DNA of 32,000 bases from Aeropyrum pernix K1 (GTDB lineage: Archaea > Thermoproteota > Thermoprotei_A > Sulfolobales > Acidilobaceae), in contig NC_000854.2 of assembly GCF_000011125.1 (NCBI RefSeq), positions 1,560,001-1,592,000 of the forward strand. The letters are read 5' to 3'. A program made the position numbers and the translations under genes. Positions 24,634-32,000 of this stretch are shown piece by piece; the first letter of the stretch is position 1, and each line of letters begins with the position of its first letter. The notes under the pieces were generated by a model that had not been told where the DNA came from, searched no databases, and saw nothing but the letters and a program-made list of their open reading frames with translations.

Positions 24634-25233
24634 ATGGCTGACCTATATACTGTTGTATCATCGATAATACTCCTCTTCATAGTTCTCGACCCCGTAGGCG
24701 TTTCGCCCTACGTAGCCTCTATAGTGGCGCGTAGGCCTGAGGGAGAGAGGGAGAGGATAGTTAGGACAGCTCTCGCGAGCGCCGGGGCGATTTTGGTGGC
24801 ATTCACCCTGATAGGTGTGGCTGTGCTAGACATACTTGGCGTGTCTATGGACGAGTTTAAAGTAGCCGCTGGCCTTCTCCTCCTGATATATGCCACTGCA
24901 GACCTCTTCGAAATAAAGATAGGCTACTCTGAGCCCTCCGGCGACGAGGTTGCGATATTCCCGCTCGCAACCCCCCTTCTTGCAGGTCCTGGCAGCATAG
25001 CTACTGTGATGTACATTATGGGCTCTAGTGGAATAGCCGTTGCCCTGATAGCGATACTGGTTAACCTAGTTCTAGCATATCCCATACTCCACGCTAGCCT
25101 AAAGCTCGTGCGCCTATTGGGGAGACACGGCTCTCTGCTGGTGGCCAAGTTCACCGCGTTCCTAATGGTGGGATTCGCAGTCTCCATCATATTTGACGGT
25201 CTACGGGGAATAGTTCCAGGCGTCTTCTCATAA
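24634..25233 (+). CDS. MarC-family (UPF0056) integral membrane protein
   Basis: 199 aa, about 6 TM spans. The N-terminal LFIVLDPVGVSPYV resembles the family's NPxGxxP motif region, with PLATPLLAGPGSI mid-protein. Confidence 0.78.
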   Translation: MADLYTVVSSIILLFIVLDPVGVSPYVASIVARRPEGERERIVRTALASAGAILVAFTLIGVAVLDILGVSMDEFKVAAGLLLLIYATADLFEIKIGYSEPSGDEVAIFPLATPLLAGPGSIATVMYIMGSSGIAVALIAILVNLVLAYPILHASLKLVRLLGRHGSLLVAKFTAFLMVGFAVSIIFDGLRGIVPGVFS

Positions 25234-25301
25234 CTACCGATCTCACAGTACAACAACATACATGATGGGCGGATTATACCCTAGTCTTGAGGTGAGATCA
25301 G

Positions 25302-25706
25302 TTGCCTCCGGATCTCGAGGGTTTAGAAGGCTTTACCTGCTCAAAGGAGTGGATAGCTGAAGAGGGCCACGCAGCACTGCACTTGAAGCACATGGGGCTC
25401 CAAGTATTAGCTACACCCTACATGCTTCTCTATGGCGAGGTTACTGCTCGGGAGTGTCTTGACCAACATCTACCCGCGGGTATGGCTAGTGTTGGAGTTG
25501 AAGCTCTTGTCAGGCATTTAGCACCCATACCTGTGGGCAGTAGGGTTATGATTGAGGCCAGAATAATTAGTGTTGATGGAAAGGGCGTCTCGATAGTGAT
25601 AAGAGTTAAGAGGCACGACGGGACGCTAGCCGGAGAGATCTACCATGTTAGGAGAATTGTCCGTCTTGAAGAGCTTAAGAAGCGAATCAAACAGCCTCAT
25701 AGCTAG
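25302..25706 (+). CDS. Hotdog-fold thioesterase (FlK-like family)
   Basis: VLATPYMLLYGEVTARECL...GMASVGVEALVRHLAPIPVGSRV...G.IYHVRRIV follows the pattern of the small acyl-CoA thioesterase hotdog family. TTG start. Confidence 0.68.
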   Translation: MPPDLEGLEGFTCSKEWIAEEGHAALHLKHMGLQVLATPYMLLYGEVTARECLDQHLPAGMASVGVEALVRHLAPIPVGSRVMIEARIISVDGKGVSIVIRVKRHDGTLAGEIYHVRRIVRLEELKKRIKQPHS

Positions 25707-25808
25707 CAAACGCCTCGGAGGCTGAAACTTTTCCTTTTCTTCCCTAAACTTCAACTGTTTAATTAAAACTGTTTCCAGATCACCCCACTTATTTCGGGTG
25801 TCGAGGCT

Positions 25809-28800
25809 TTGCCCCGTATCCTCTACAAGGCAGTGGCGCGCTATCACATACTGATATTTATAGCGTGGTTCATAGTGACCGCCCTCCTACTGCCTTATGC
25901 ACTGGCGCTGGACGAAGTCCTCGTTACAGAGACCGAGTCTTTCCTACCAGAGACTGCTGAGAGCAGGATGGCGGAGGAGAAGGTCAAAGAGATACTGGCT
26001 GCAGAAGGATATGGGGGGGCGGACAGCCTTCTAGGACTCCTAGGGTCCGCCAACGCTTTAATCATGGTCACAGGGTTGAGAGAGCCTCTAGACCCCTCGA
26101 GCTATCAGCTGTTGAAAGAGCAAGGTTATGACGAGCTGAGAGCCGAGTATAACCTCTTCTCATGGATAGACATCGTAGACAAAGCCATGGAAAACCTGGA
26201 GCCAGCTCTAGAAGAGGCCGTACGAGGCGGTGTACAGGCCTTTGAGGGAGGATACAGCATATGGAACTCATACCTAGAGGTCTCGCAGCGGCTTTCAAAC
26301 CTCTCCCAATCTGTCGACGGCCTGAGCCTCCTCCTGACCGAGTCTGACAAGGCCTACTCAACTCTAGCCTCGTCATGGGGAGAGCTGGCCGCTCTACGGG
26401 GTGTGTTGGAGTCGGCCTCGACCCCCCTCATCGATGTTTGCACCGCCATCGCCCCCGTTTACTCCACGGTTTACCTAGACGTTGTCAGAACAGAGGGGGC
26501 TCTAGAATTCTACACAAACGCCTACGCCACAGGGCTCCAGGACGTGGATATCACGGTTGTAACTCTACTCACCTATGTCCCCGAGGCAGGCCTAGAACCG
26601 GTTGACAGGGGCTTCGTGGTATACGTATACACAGAGACCCTCAGCCTCGGGGGGCCCGGCGCCTTTAATAACGCGGCGGCGGCTGAGATTACGTACACGA
26701 TCGTCCAGGCTAGGATAGGAGATTCTAGCCTGCTACAGGCCTATCACCAGGCGTGGCTACATGCAGTCTCAGAAACACCTGAGCTGAAGCTGTTCATGGC
26801 GGAAGACGCAAAAGTGGGGCAGATTAGGCTGAAGGCGGCTGTCGAGGATATCGCCGACCAGGTAACCGAAGCCACGGTCATGGCTCTCGCGGAGGAGGCC
26901 TCCTCTATAATGCCGGATGACATCAAACCTATATACACTATTTACGTCGAAAGCCTCATAGAGGAAGGGTGTACCGAGGAGGCTAAAGAGAGAGCCCTCC
27001 AGACAGCCATAACCCAGCTACTCAAGTCGAGAGGCCTACCCGAGGAGCACGCTAGTACCCTGGCCAGCGCATTTGCGAGGGGCGACTACAACTCCTACCT
27101 CCAGACGGCAGCACTCGCCTCAGCTACATTAGCCCTAGCGGAGGCTAACATGACAGAACTACAGCCTGAGGACCTGGCCTCGGTGCTGGTGGCCTTCGAC
27201 CCCGAAGCCTCCGGGGCCATAGCCTCTGGAGAAACTCTCGAAGATGCTCTTTCGGTCTTGCTGTCGCGGATAGCTGGCCTGACGCCGGACACGGCTAGAC
27301 TGATTATCGAGGAGAGGATAGAGGAGGCAGCAGCGGAAATAGTATTATCCAACACTCCCCCCCAGGCCGCCGACCTTGCGCAGGCTCTCCTCGCACCCGC
27401 CCCTCCCGCTACTGAGGAGGAGGCTCTACAGAGGATACGCTCCTACCTGGAACAGCAACTGGCTTCCCAGGGAATGCCCGAGGACCTGGCTGTGAAGGCT
27501 GCAGAGGCTGCTGAGGAGGCTTGGAGAGAGGGCATTGTAGACGCTGTTATACAGAGGCTTGTGGGTGAGGTGGCTCACGACGCTGCTAAGGGCGTTCTAG
27601 ACGAGCTAAGGGGGGTTCTCGTCGAGGACGACATGGGCGGCTTCCTGATAGCATATCTGGGTGGGGGAGGTTATGAGGGTGCCAAGGCCGCGGCTGAGGA
27701 TGTTAGGAGGCTTGTTAATGAAGCGTTAGATGGCGATGCAAGGGTTATGCTGGCGGGGGAGGAGGCTCTGAGGAAGGAGCTCCAGGAGGCTGTCGTCGAG
27801 GACCTCAGGAGGAGTGACGCGGCTAGCTCAATCATAGTGGTAGCCATACTGGCCGCTGTCATAGGGACTATACTGGGGGTTATAATACCGTTCATAGGCA
27901 TAGGGGCAGGCTTGACAGCAGCCCTCGCCATACTCTATTTCCTGGCATCGAACGACCTGGTCGATGTAACAAGCCAGTCCAGGGCGATAGTATTTACAAC
28001 AGGGCTAGGCCTCGGCATAGACTACTCAGCCTACGTTACCAAGAAGTTCCGCGACAACATAAGAGGCTCTCGGGGGGCGTGGGAGGCGGCGGGCAAGGCT
28101 GCCTCGAATAGCGTGAGGCCTGTGCTTGCCGGGGCATTCGCAGCCGCAGCAGGATTCTCATCCCTAATGCTCGCCTTCGAATTCCCCTTCGTCAAGTCGA
28201 TAGGAGCCACTGTACCAATAGCAATACTCTCCGTGGCTGTAGCCAGCCTCACCTTGACCCCGGCCATACTAGCCCTTGTAGGATGGGCTGGCATACTATG
28301 GTTCCCCACCTGCCCATACAAAGCCTACCAGCCAGGCTCCAGGGTCTTCAAGAGCCTGGTTTCAGCGGCTGGCAAGGCAGCCCCAGTACTACTCCCACTT
28401 CTAGTGGTCGCTGGCCTGGCGGGCGTATACTACGCCGCCACCAGTTTTGAAGGGAGCTTCGACATATTGATAAGCATCCCTAGGGAGACGGGTGTTTACG
28501 AGTCAATGCAGCACCTGGTAAGCGAGTACGATGCCTCGAGGCTGTTCCCCCAATACATAGTGGCGTCCAGCAGCACTTTAGCCCCAGATGTTGCAGACGC
28601 CGCTGACGACCTGGAATGTGTGAGGGAGGCTGAAACAGATGGGAGGCTCATTTACGTGGTCCTCGATACAAACCCCCTCAACACCGAGGCTGTGAAGTGT
28701 GTTGAGGAGCTTAGAGGCAAAGTTAGAGAGGTAGACCCAGGCAGCCTGGTTGGTGGCACTGCAGCTGTGAACCTCGACCTCAGGGACTACCTCTACAGGG

Positions 28801-29351
28801 CTTTCTACAACAGGGTTATACCAGCTGCTGCAGTGCTGGTAGCAGCCATTATAGCTGTCTTCTATGGCAGCATACCTGCCGCCCTTGCAGGCGTGGCTAG
28901 CATACTCTTCGCGGCCGCCTGGTCCCTATCCATCGTAAGCATCCTATCAGGCTGGACGGGCATCGAGGCCCCATGGTTCGCTCCAGTGCTGCTAGCCGCC
29001 GCCCTTCTGGGAGTGGGAATGGACTATATTAGCTTCTACGTAAACCACGCCCGTGAAGCCTACCTTCGAGGAGAGCATTCGAGATACTATGTTGAGGCGG
29101 CCTCCACAGGCACAGGGCTCGTCATAGGTTTAGCCATGATAATGGGCGGCGCATATGCCGGCCTAACACTCAGCAGGGTTGAGGCTCTCCAGGCTATAGG
29201 CGTGAGCCTCTCCCTCGGCGTGATACTGGCGGGGCTACTGGCGTCCCTGCTACTTATACCCCCCGTGATGGCACTACTGAAAGCTAGGTTCTGGTGGCCC
29301 CTGGCAAGAGGACGCAAGAGTGGTGGTGCGGGGAAGGTTGAAAGGGGTTGA
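25809..29351 (+). CDS. RND-superfamily MMPL-type transporter with a greatly enlarged first extracytoplasmic loop
   Basis: 1180 aa. TM1 at aa 12-35, then a soluble Ala/Glu/Leu-rich segment at about aa 36-672. Two 5-6-TM bundles carry the MMPL-like motifs GLGLGIDYSAYV and LLGVGMDYISFYV, with a second loop of about 100 aa between them. TTG start. Confidence 0.75.
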   Translation: MPRILYKAVARYHILIFIAWFIVTALLLPYALALDEVLVTETESFLPETAESRMAEEKVKEILAAEGYGGADSLLGLLGSANALIMVTGLREPLDPSSYQLLKEQGYDELRAEYNLFSWIDIVDKAMENLEPALEEAVRGGVQAFEGGYSIWNSYLEVSQRLSNLSQSVDGLSLLLTESDKAYSTLASSWGELAALRGVLESASTPLIDVCTAIAPVYSTVYLDVVRTEGALEFYTNAYATGLQDVDITVVTLLTYVPEAGLEPVDRGFVVYVYTETLSLGGPGAFNNAAAAEITYTIVQARIGDSSLLQAYHQAWLHAVSETPELKLFMAEDAKVGQIRLKAAVEDIADQVTEATVMALAEEASSIMPDDIKPIYTIYVESLIEEGCTEEAKERALQTAITQLLKSRGLPEEHASTLASAFARGDYNSYLQTAALASATLALAEANMTELQPEDLASVLVAFDPEASGAIASGETLEDALSVLLSRIAGLTPDTARLIIEERIEEAAAEIVLSNTPPQAADLAQALLAPAPPATEEEALQRIRSYLEQQLASQGMPEDLAVKAAEAAEEAWREGIVDAVIQRLVGEVAHDAAKGVLDELRGVLVEDDMGGFLIAYLGGGGYEGAKAAAEDVRRLVNEALDGDARVMLAGEEALRKELQEAVVEDLRRSDAASSIIVVAILAAVIGTILGVIIPFIGIGAGLTAALAILYFLASNDLVDVTSQSRAIVFTTGLGLGIDYSAYVTKKFRDNIRGSRGAWEAAGKAASNSVRPVLAGAFAAAAGFSSLMLAFEFPFVKSIGATVPIAILSVAVASLTLTPAILALVGWAGILWFPTCPYKAYQPGSRVFKSLVSAAGKAAPVLLPLLVVAGLAGVYYAATSFEGSFDILISIPRETGVYESMQHLVSEYDASRLFPQYIVASSSTLAPDVADAADDLECVREAETDGRLIYVVLDTNPLNTEAVKCVEELRGKVREVDPGSLVGGTAAVNLDLRDYLYRAFYNRVIPAAAVLVAAIIAVFYGSIPAALAGVASILFAAAWSLSIVSILSGWTGIEAPWFAPVLLAAALLGVGMDYISFYVNHAREAYLRGEHSRYYVEAASTGTGLVIGLAMIMGGAYAGLTLSRVEALQAIGVSLSLGVILAGLLASLLLIPPVMALLKARFWWPLARGRKSGGAGKVERG

Positions 29352-30303
29352 AGCGGAGTTCATCGACTTCCATGTACACATGCCGTACTGGATAAGAGAC
29401 CCAGTGAAGTCCTGCCGCCGCCTCCTCCTAGAGGAGCTGACAGCGGGAGCCATCTCGGCAGTTGTGATCGGGGTAGACGCAAGCCTCGAGACAATAAAGA
29501 GCAGGGTTACACCGCGTGAGATAACGGAAGCTGCCATGGAGGACTTCGACTACCTGGCTTTCCAGCAGGTAGGGTATATTGGAAGGATGATAATGGAGCC
29601 GGAGAAGTTTCTCGACGATTTTCTAGGCGACTTCCACAAACACAGAAGAGGTCCTGAGGACCTCAGGGCCTGCAGAAGCGTCGAACCGAGGTTCTTCTAC
29701 ACTATTGTATCCTACAAGCCAGGCATGGAGGAGGAGGTGGCGCAAATTGTTAGAAGCGACTCTTCAATCCTGGGTGTAAAGATCTTCCCCACCTTCCACT
29801 TCACACGGCCAGACAGCCAGAGGCTGTACCCGGTGTATAAGGCTGTGGAGGAGGCTGGCGGGCTCGTGGTGGTCCACACGGGCTGCGACCCTGGCCCGTG
29901 GGAGCTAACCAGGTTCTGCAGGGAAGCCAGACCAAGCTACGTGGCCAGAGCCGCGAAAAGGTTCGAGAACCTAGTCTTCGTGATAGCCCATCTAGGGGCG
30001 TACAGCGCCCTAAAACCCGGGATTTATTTCGAGGAGACTCTTAAGGCGCTCTCTCTTGAAAACGTGTATGCAGACACAAGCGCTGCAGACCCCTTCTTTG
30101 CTGCAATGGCTGTTAAGGAGGGCTATGCAGATAAAATCCTCTTCGGAAGCGACTATCCATACGTCTCCGGATACAACGTGGCAATGGCTGTCAAGGATAT
30201 CCTATCACTGGACATAGACAATAACGATAAAGAAGCTGTACTAAGGTATAACGCGGAAAAACTACTAAACAGCCTACCACGCGGAAGGCAAAAACCTGGT
30301 TGA
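29320..30303 (+). CDS. Metal-dependent TIM-barrel amidohydrolase
   Basis: FIDFHVHMP (HxH), VVVHTG, IAHLG and FGSDYP in the canonical order. The start is ambiguous (GTG 29320 or 29323, TTG 29338) and overlaps the transporter's 3' end. Confidence 0.8.
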   Translation: MVVRGRLKGVEAEFIDFHVHMPYWIRDPVKSCRRLLLEELTAGAISAVVIGVDASLETIKSRVTPREITEAAMEDFDYLAFQQVGYIGRMIMEPEKFLDDFLGDFHKHRRGPEDLRACRSVEPRFFYTIVSYKPGMEEEVAQIVRSDSSILGVKIFPTFHFTRPDSQRLYPVYKAVEEAGGLVVVHTGCDPGPWELTRFCREARPSYVARAAKRFENLVFVIAHLGAYSALKPGIYFEETLKALSLENVYADTSAADPFFAAMAVKEGYADKILFGSDYPYVSGYNVAMAVKDILSLDIDNNDKEAVLRYNAEKLLNSLPRGRQKPG

Positions 30304-30403
30304 ACCGTAGAAGCTCCCCGCTATTATCCTGGGTATTAAAGTTATTTTCCCAGCTGCTTCCAACTTACATGAAGAGGTACAAGCTAGTCTTGGTGGATCG
30401 GTC

Positions 30404-31156
30404 TTGGAGACAACTTATGCTCTAGTGACAGGTGGGAGCAGGGGTATTGGTAGGGCTACGGTTCTCCGTTTCGCCCGTGAAGGATGGAGTGTCGTGATCG
30501 CCTACAAGTCGAGGGCTGATCTGGCTGAGAAGACTGCTGAGGAGGCTAGAAGGCTGGGGTCTCCAGAGGCTTACACTGTTAGAGTAGATGTTGGCGATCC
30601 TGATAGTGTCACTGAGATGTCTAGTAGGGTTGGAGAGCTCATTCCCCATCTCAACGTGCTTGTAAATGCCGCAGGCGTTCTACAGCTAGGCGGGATAGAA
30701 GAGACCTCTATAAGCGAGTGGGAGGAGACCCTGAGGGTTAATCTAACGGGAGTGTACCTTGTGACAAAACTGCTGCTACCCCTTCTAAGGAAGGCCAAAT
30801 GGGCTTCCATTGTTAACGTTGCAAGTATTGCAGGGGAGACAGGAAACGTTGTGGCTGGTGTAGCGTACTCCGCCAGCAAAGCAGGGGTCATCGGTCTTAC
30901 GAAGAGGCTGGCAGTCCAGCTTGCAGGCTACGGTATCAGGGTGAACGCTGTTGCACCCAGCTTCGTCGAGACCGACATGACCAGGAGTTTCCTCGACACT
31001 CCTGAGAAGAGGGAGAGGATAGCAAGTCTCCACCCGCTAAAAATAATACTCAAGCCTGAGGACGTTGCGGAGGCCATACTCTTCCTTGCAGACCCACGTA
31101 GGAGCAGGGGGATCACTGGCCATGTGCTGTCGATAAACGCAGGGAGACGCACCTAA
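30404..31156 (+). CDS. Short-chain dehydrogenase/reductase, FabG-like
   Basis: TGGSRGIGRA cofactor motif, NAAG, and the catalytic YSASKAG (YxxxK). 250 aa, TTG start. Confidence 0.9.
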   Translation: METTYALVTGGSRGIGRATVLRFAREGWSVVIAYKSRADLAEKTAEEARRLGSPEAYTVRVDVGDPDSVTEMSSRVGELIPHLNVLVNAAGVLQLGGIEETSISEWEETLRVNLTGVYLVTKLLLPLLRKAKWASIVNVASIAGETGNVVAGVAYSASKAGVIGLTKRLAVQLAGYGIRVNAVAPSFVETDMTRSFLDTPEKRERIASLHPLKIILKPEDVAEAILFLADPRRSRGITGHVLSINAGRRT

Positions 31157-31216
31157 TCAAGGCCTCGGAAAACGCCTGTGCAGAGTCCAAAACTGGGCTA
31201 AAGGGCTTAGACGAGC

Positions 31217-31678
31217 CTAGCCAGGCGCATCGGCTTGGGCTTCCACTCTACGGAGGCTATAGACGACCCTCCTACCGTCCCTCCTCTTTTCCACAATACC
31301 CCTTTCTACAAGGCGTTTGAGTACGCCGTAGACCCTGTTTTTAGACAGGCCTGTATCCCTGATTAGCTCAGATGGCGTTGCATCACCCTTCTCGAGATGC
31401 GATATAATTATGCCTTCATCCTCGAGCATCCCCTCCTCTACCGTTCCATTATGGCCTTCATACTCGGTTTCCCTACCACCCTCCTTCTCCACCCCTTGCA
31501 AGCTCTCCGTGGATCTGGCGTCTCTCCCCAAGGCTTGTGAGATTGAGGATATCCTCTCCTCCAGCCTGGCTAAAGCTGCTTCGAGAGCCTCGATTCTCCT
31601 CCTGTTTTCCTCGTTACTCCTCGCCAGTGTTTCGATGTCTCTCCGGTCGAATCCTAACAGAGCTTTGAGTAGTCCCAC
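31217..31678 (-). CDS. Winged-helix transcription regulator with an N-terminal coiled-coil segment
   Basis: The C-terminal TPSELIRDTGLSKNRVYGVLKRLVERGIVEKRRDGRRVVYSL is a MarR/TrmB-like wHTH. The N-terminal NRRRIEALEAALARLEERISSI shows a heptad-like pattern. Confidence 0.65.
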   Translation of the reverse strand: MGLLKALLGFDRRDIETLARSNEENRRRIEALEAALARLEERISSISQALGRDARSTESLQGVEKEGGRETEYEGHNGTVEEGMLEDEGIIISHLEKGDATPSELIRDTGLSKNRVYGVLKRLVERGIVEKRRDGRRVVYSLRRVEAQADAPG

Positions 31679-31862
31679 AGTCTAACACCCTAAGAACTCT
31701 TGGATTGTTCCCTACTATGCCGTATCTGGGATGGTGAGACACAAGTATTACAAGGTCCCCTGGTGCGCCCACCGTATATTCCATCAATTTTATTATGGAT
31801 AAATATCTGTGGGGGTGTATTGAGGTCTTGGTGGAACTCATTTGGCGTTCAAGATTGTTTCT

Positions 31863-32000
31863 ATGAGCCCGTTGCCTCCGCAGTTTGTCGAGGCCCTCTT
31901 CGACCCGTATAAGAAGGAGGTCGGCGATCTCAGAGTTGTGAGCGTCGCGGGCCTCCCGAGGGAAAGGGTTCTCGAGGAGCTGAGAGATGCTGATGTGGTG
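31863..32000 (+). CDS. 5' part of a gene running off the window, possibly a D-2-hydroxyacid dehydrogenase family member
   Basis: ATG at 31863 opens a frame with no stop to the window end (MSPLPPQFVEALFDPYKKEVGDLRVVSVAGLPRERVLEELRDADVV). The ...EELLxxADxV pattern is typical of that family's N-terminal substrate domain. Only 46 codons are visible. Confidence 0.35.
   Translation, partial: MSPLPPQFVEALFDPYKKEVGDLRVVSVAGLPRERVLEELRDADVV

Noticed and set aside
1-32000. tRNA genes, rRNA, CRISPR arrays, IS/transposase/integrase genes, toxin-antitoxin or known defence genes
   Set aside because: I scanned both strands for T-loop strings (GGTTCGAATCC-like and their complement). The only near matches lie inside well-supported coding regions without acceptor or anticodon arm context. 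No regularly spaced 24-40-nt repeats were found. No ORF has recombinase, nuclease-defence or TA hallmarks.

Overview
Dense chromosomal segment from a high-GC archaeon. Gene content suggests a hyperthermophilic crenarchaeon of the Desulfurococcales type: CDC48, aEF-1beta with its Zn-ribbon partner, eS25, archaeal TrpRS, TrmI and a NOL1/NOP2/Sun methyltransferase. AGG/AGA Arg codons and many TTG/GTG starts fit this, but the taxon is inference only. I support about 35 protein genes, mostly housekeeping or metabolic, often with overlapping or tightly spaced ends. I found no tRNA, rRNA, CRISPR array, transposase, integrase or recognisable defence or toxin genes. The one region coding genes do not explain is the 726-bp gap at 3015-3740. 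It holds a 320-bp GC-rich imperfect palindrome (3283-3602) with 47/48-nt near-perfect outer arms. Next to it are two perfect 19-nt direct repeats bracketing a TATA-like box. The palindrome lacks the signature motifs of SRP RNA and RNase P RNA, so it is either an unclassified long-hairpin RNA or a MITE-like or cruciform DNA element. Secondary points are a TrpRS with a four-Cys motif, a radical-SAM enzyme with CX7CX2C spacing, and an RND/MMPL transporter with a ~640-aa first loop inside a lipid-like gene cluster. There is also a PhoH-KH fusion and a SixA-like phosphatase in a lineage not known for His-Asp phosphorelays. All functional calls come from motif recognition by eye, with no database search run.
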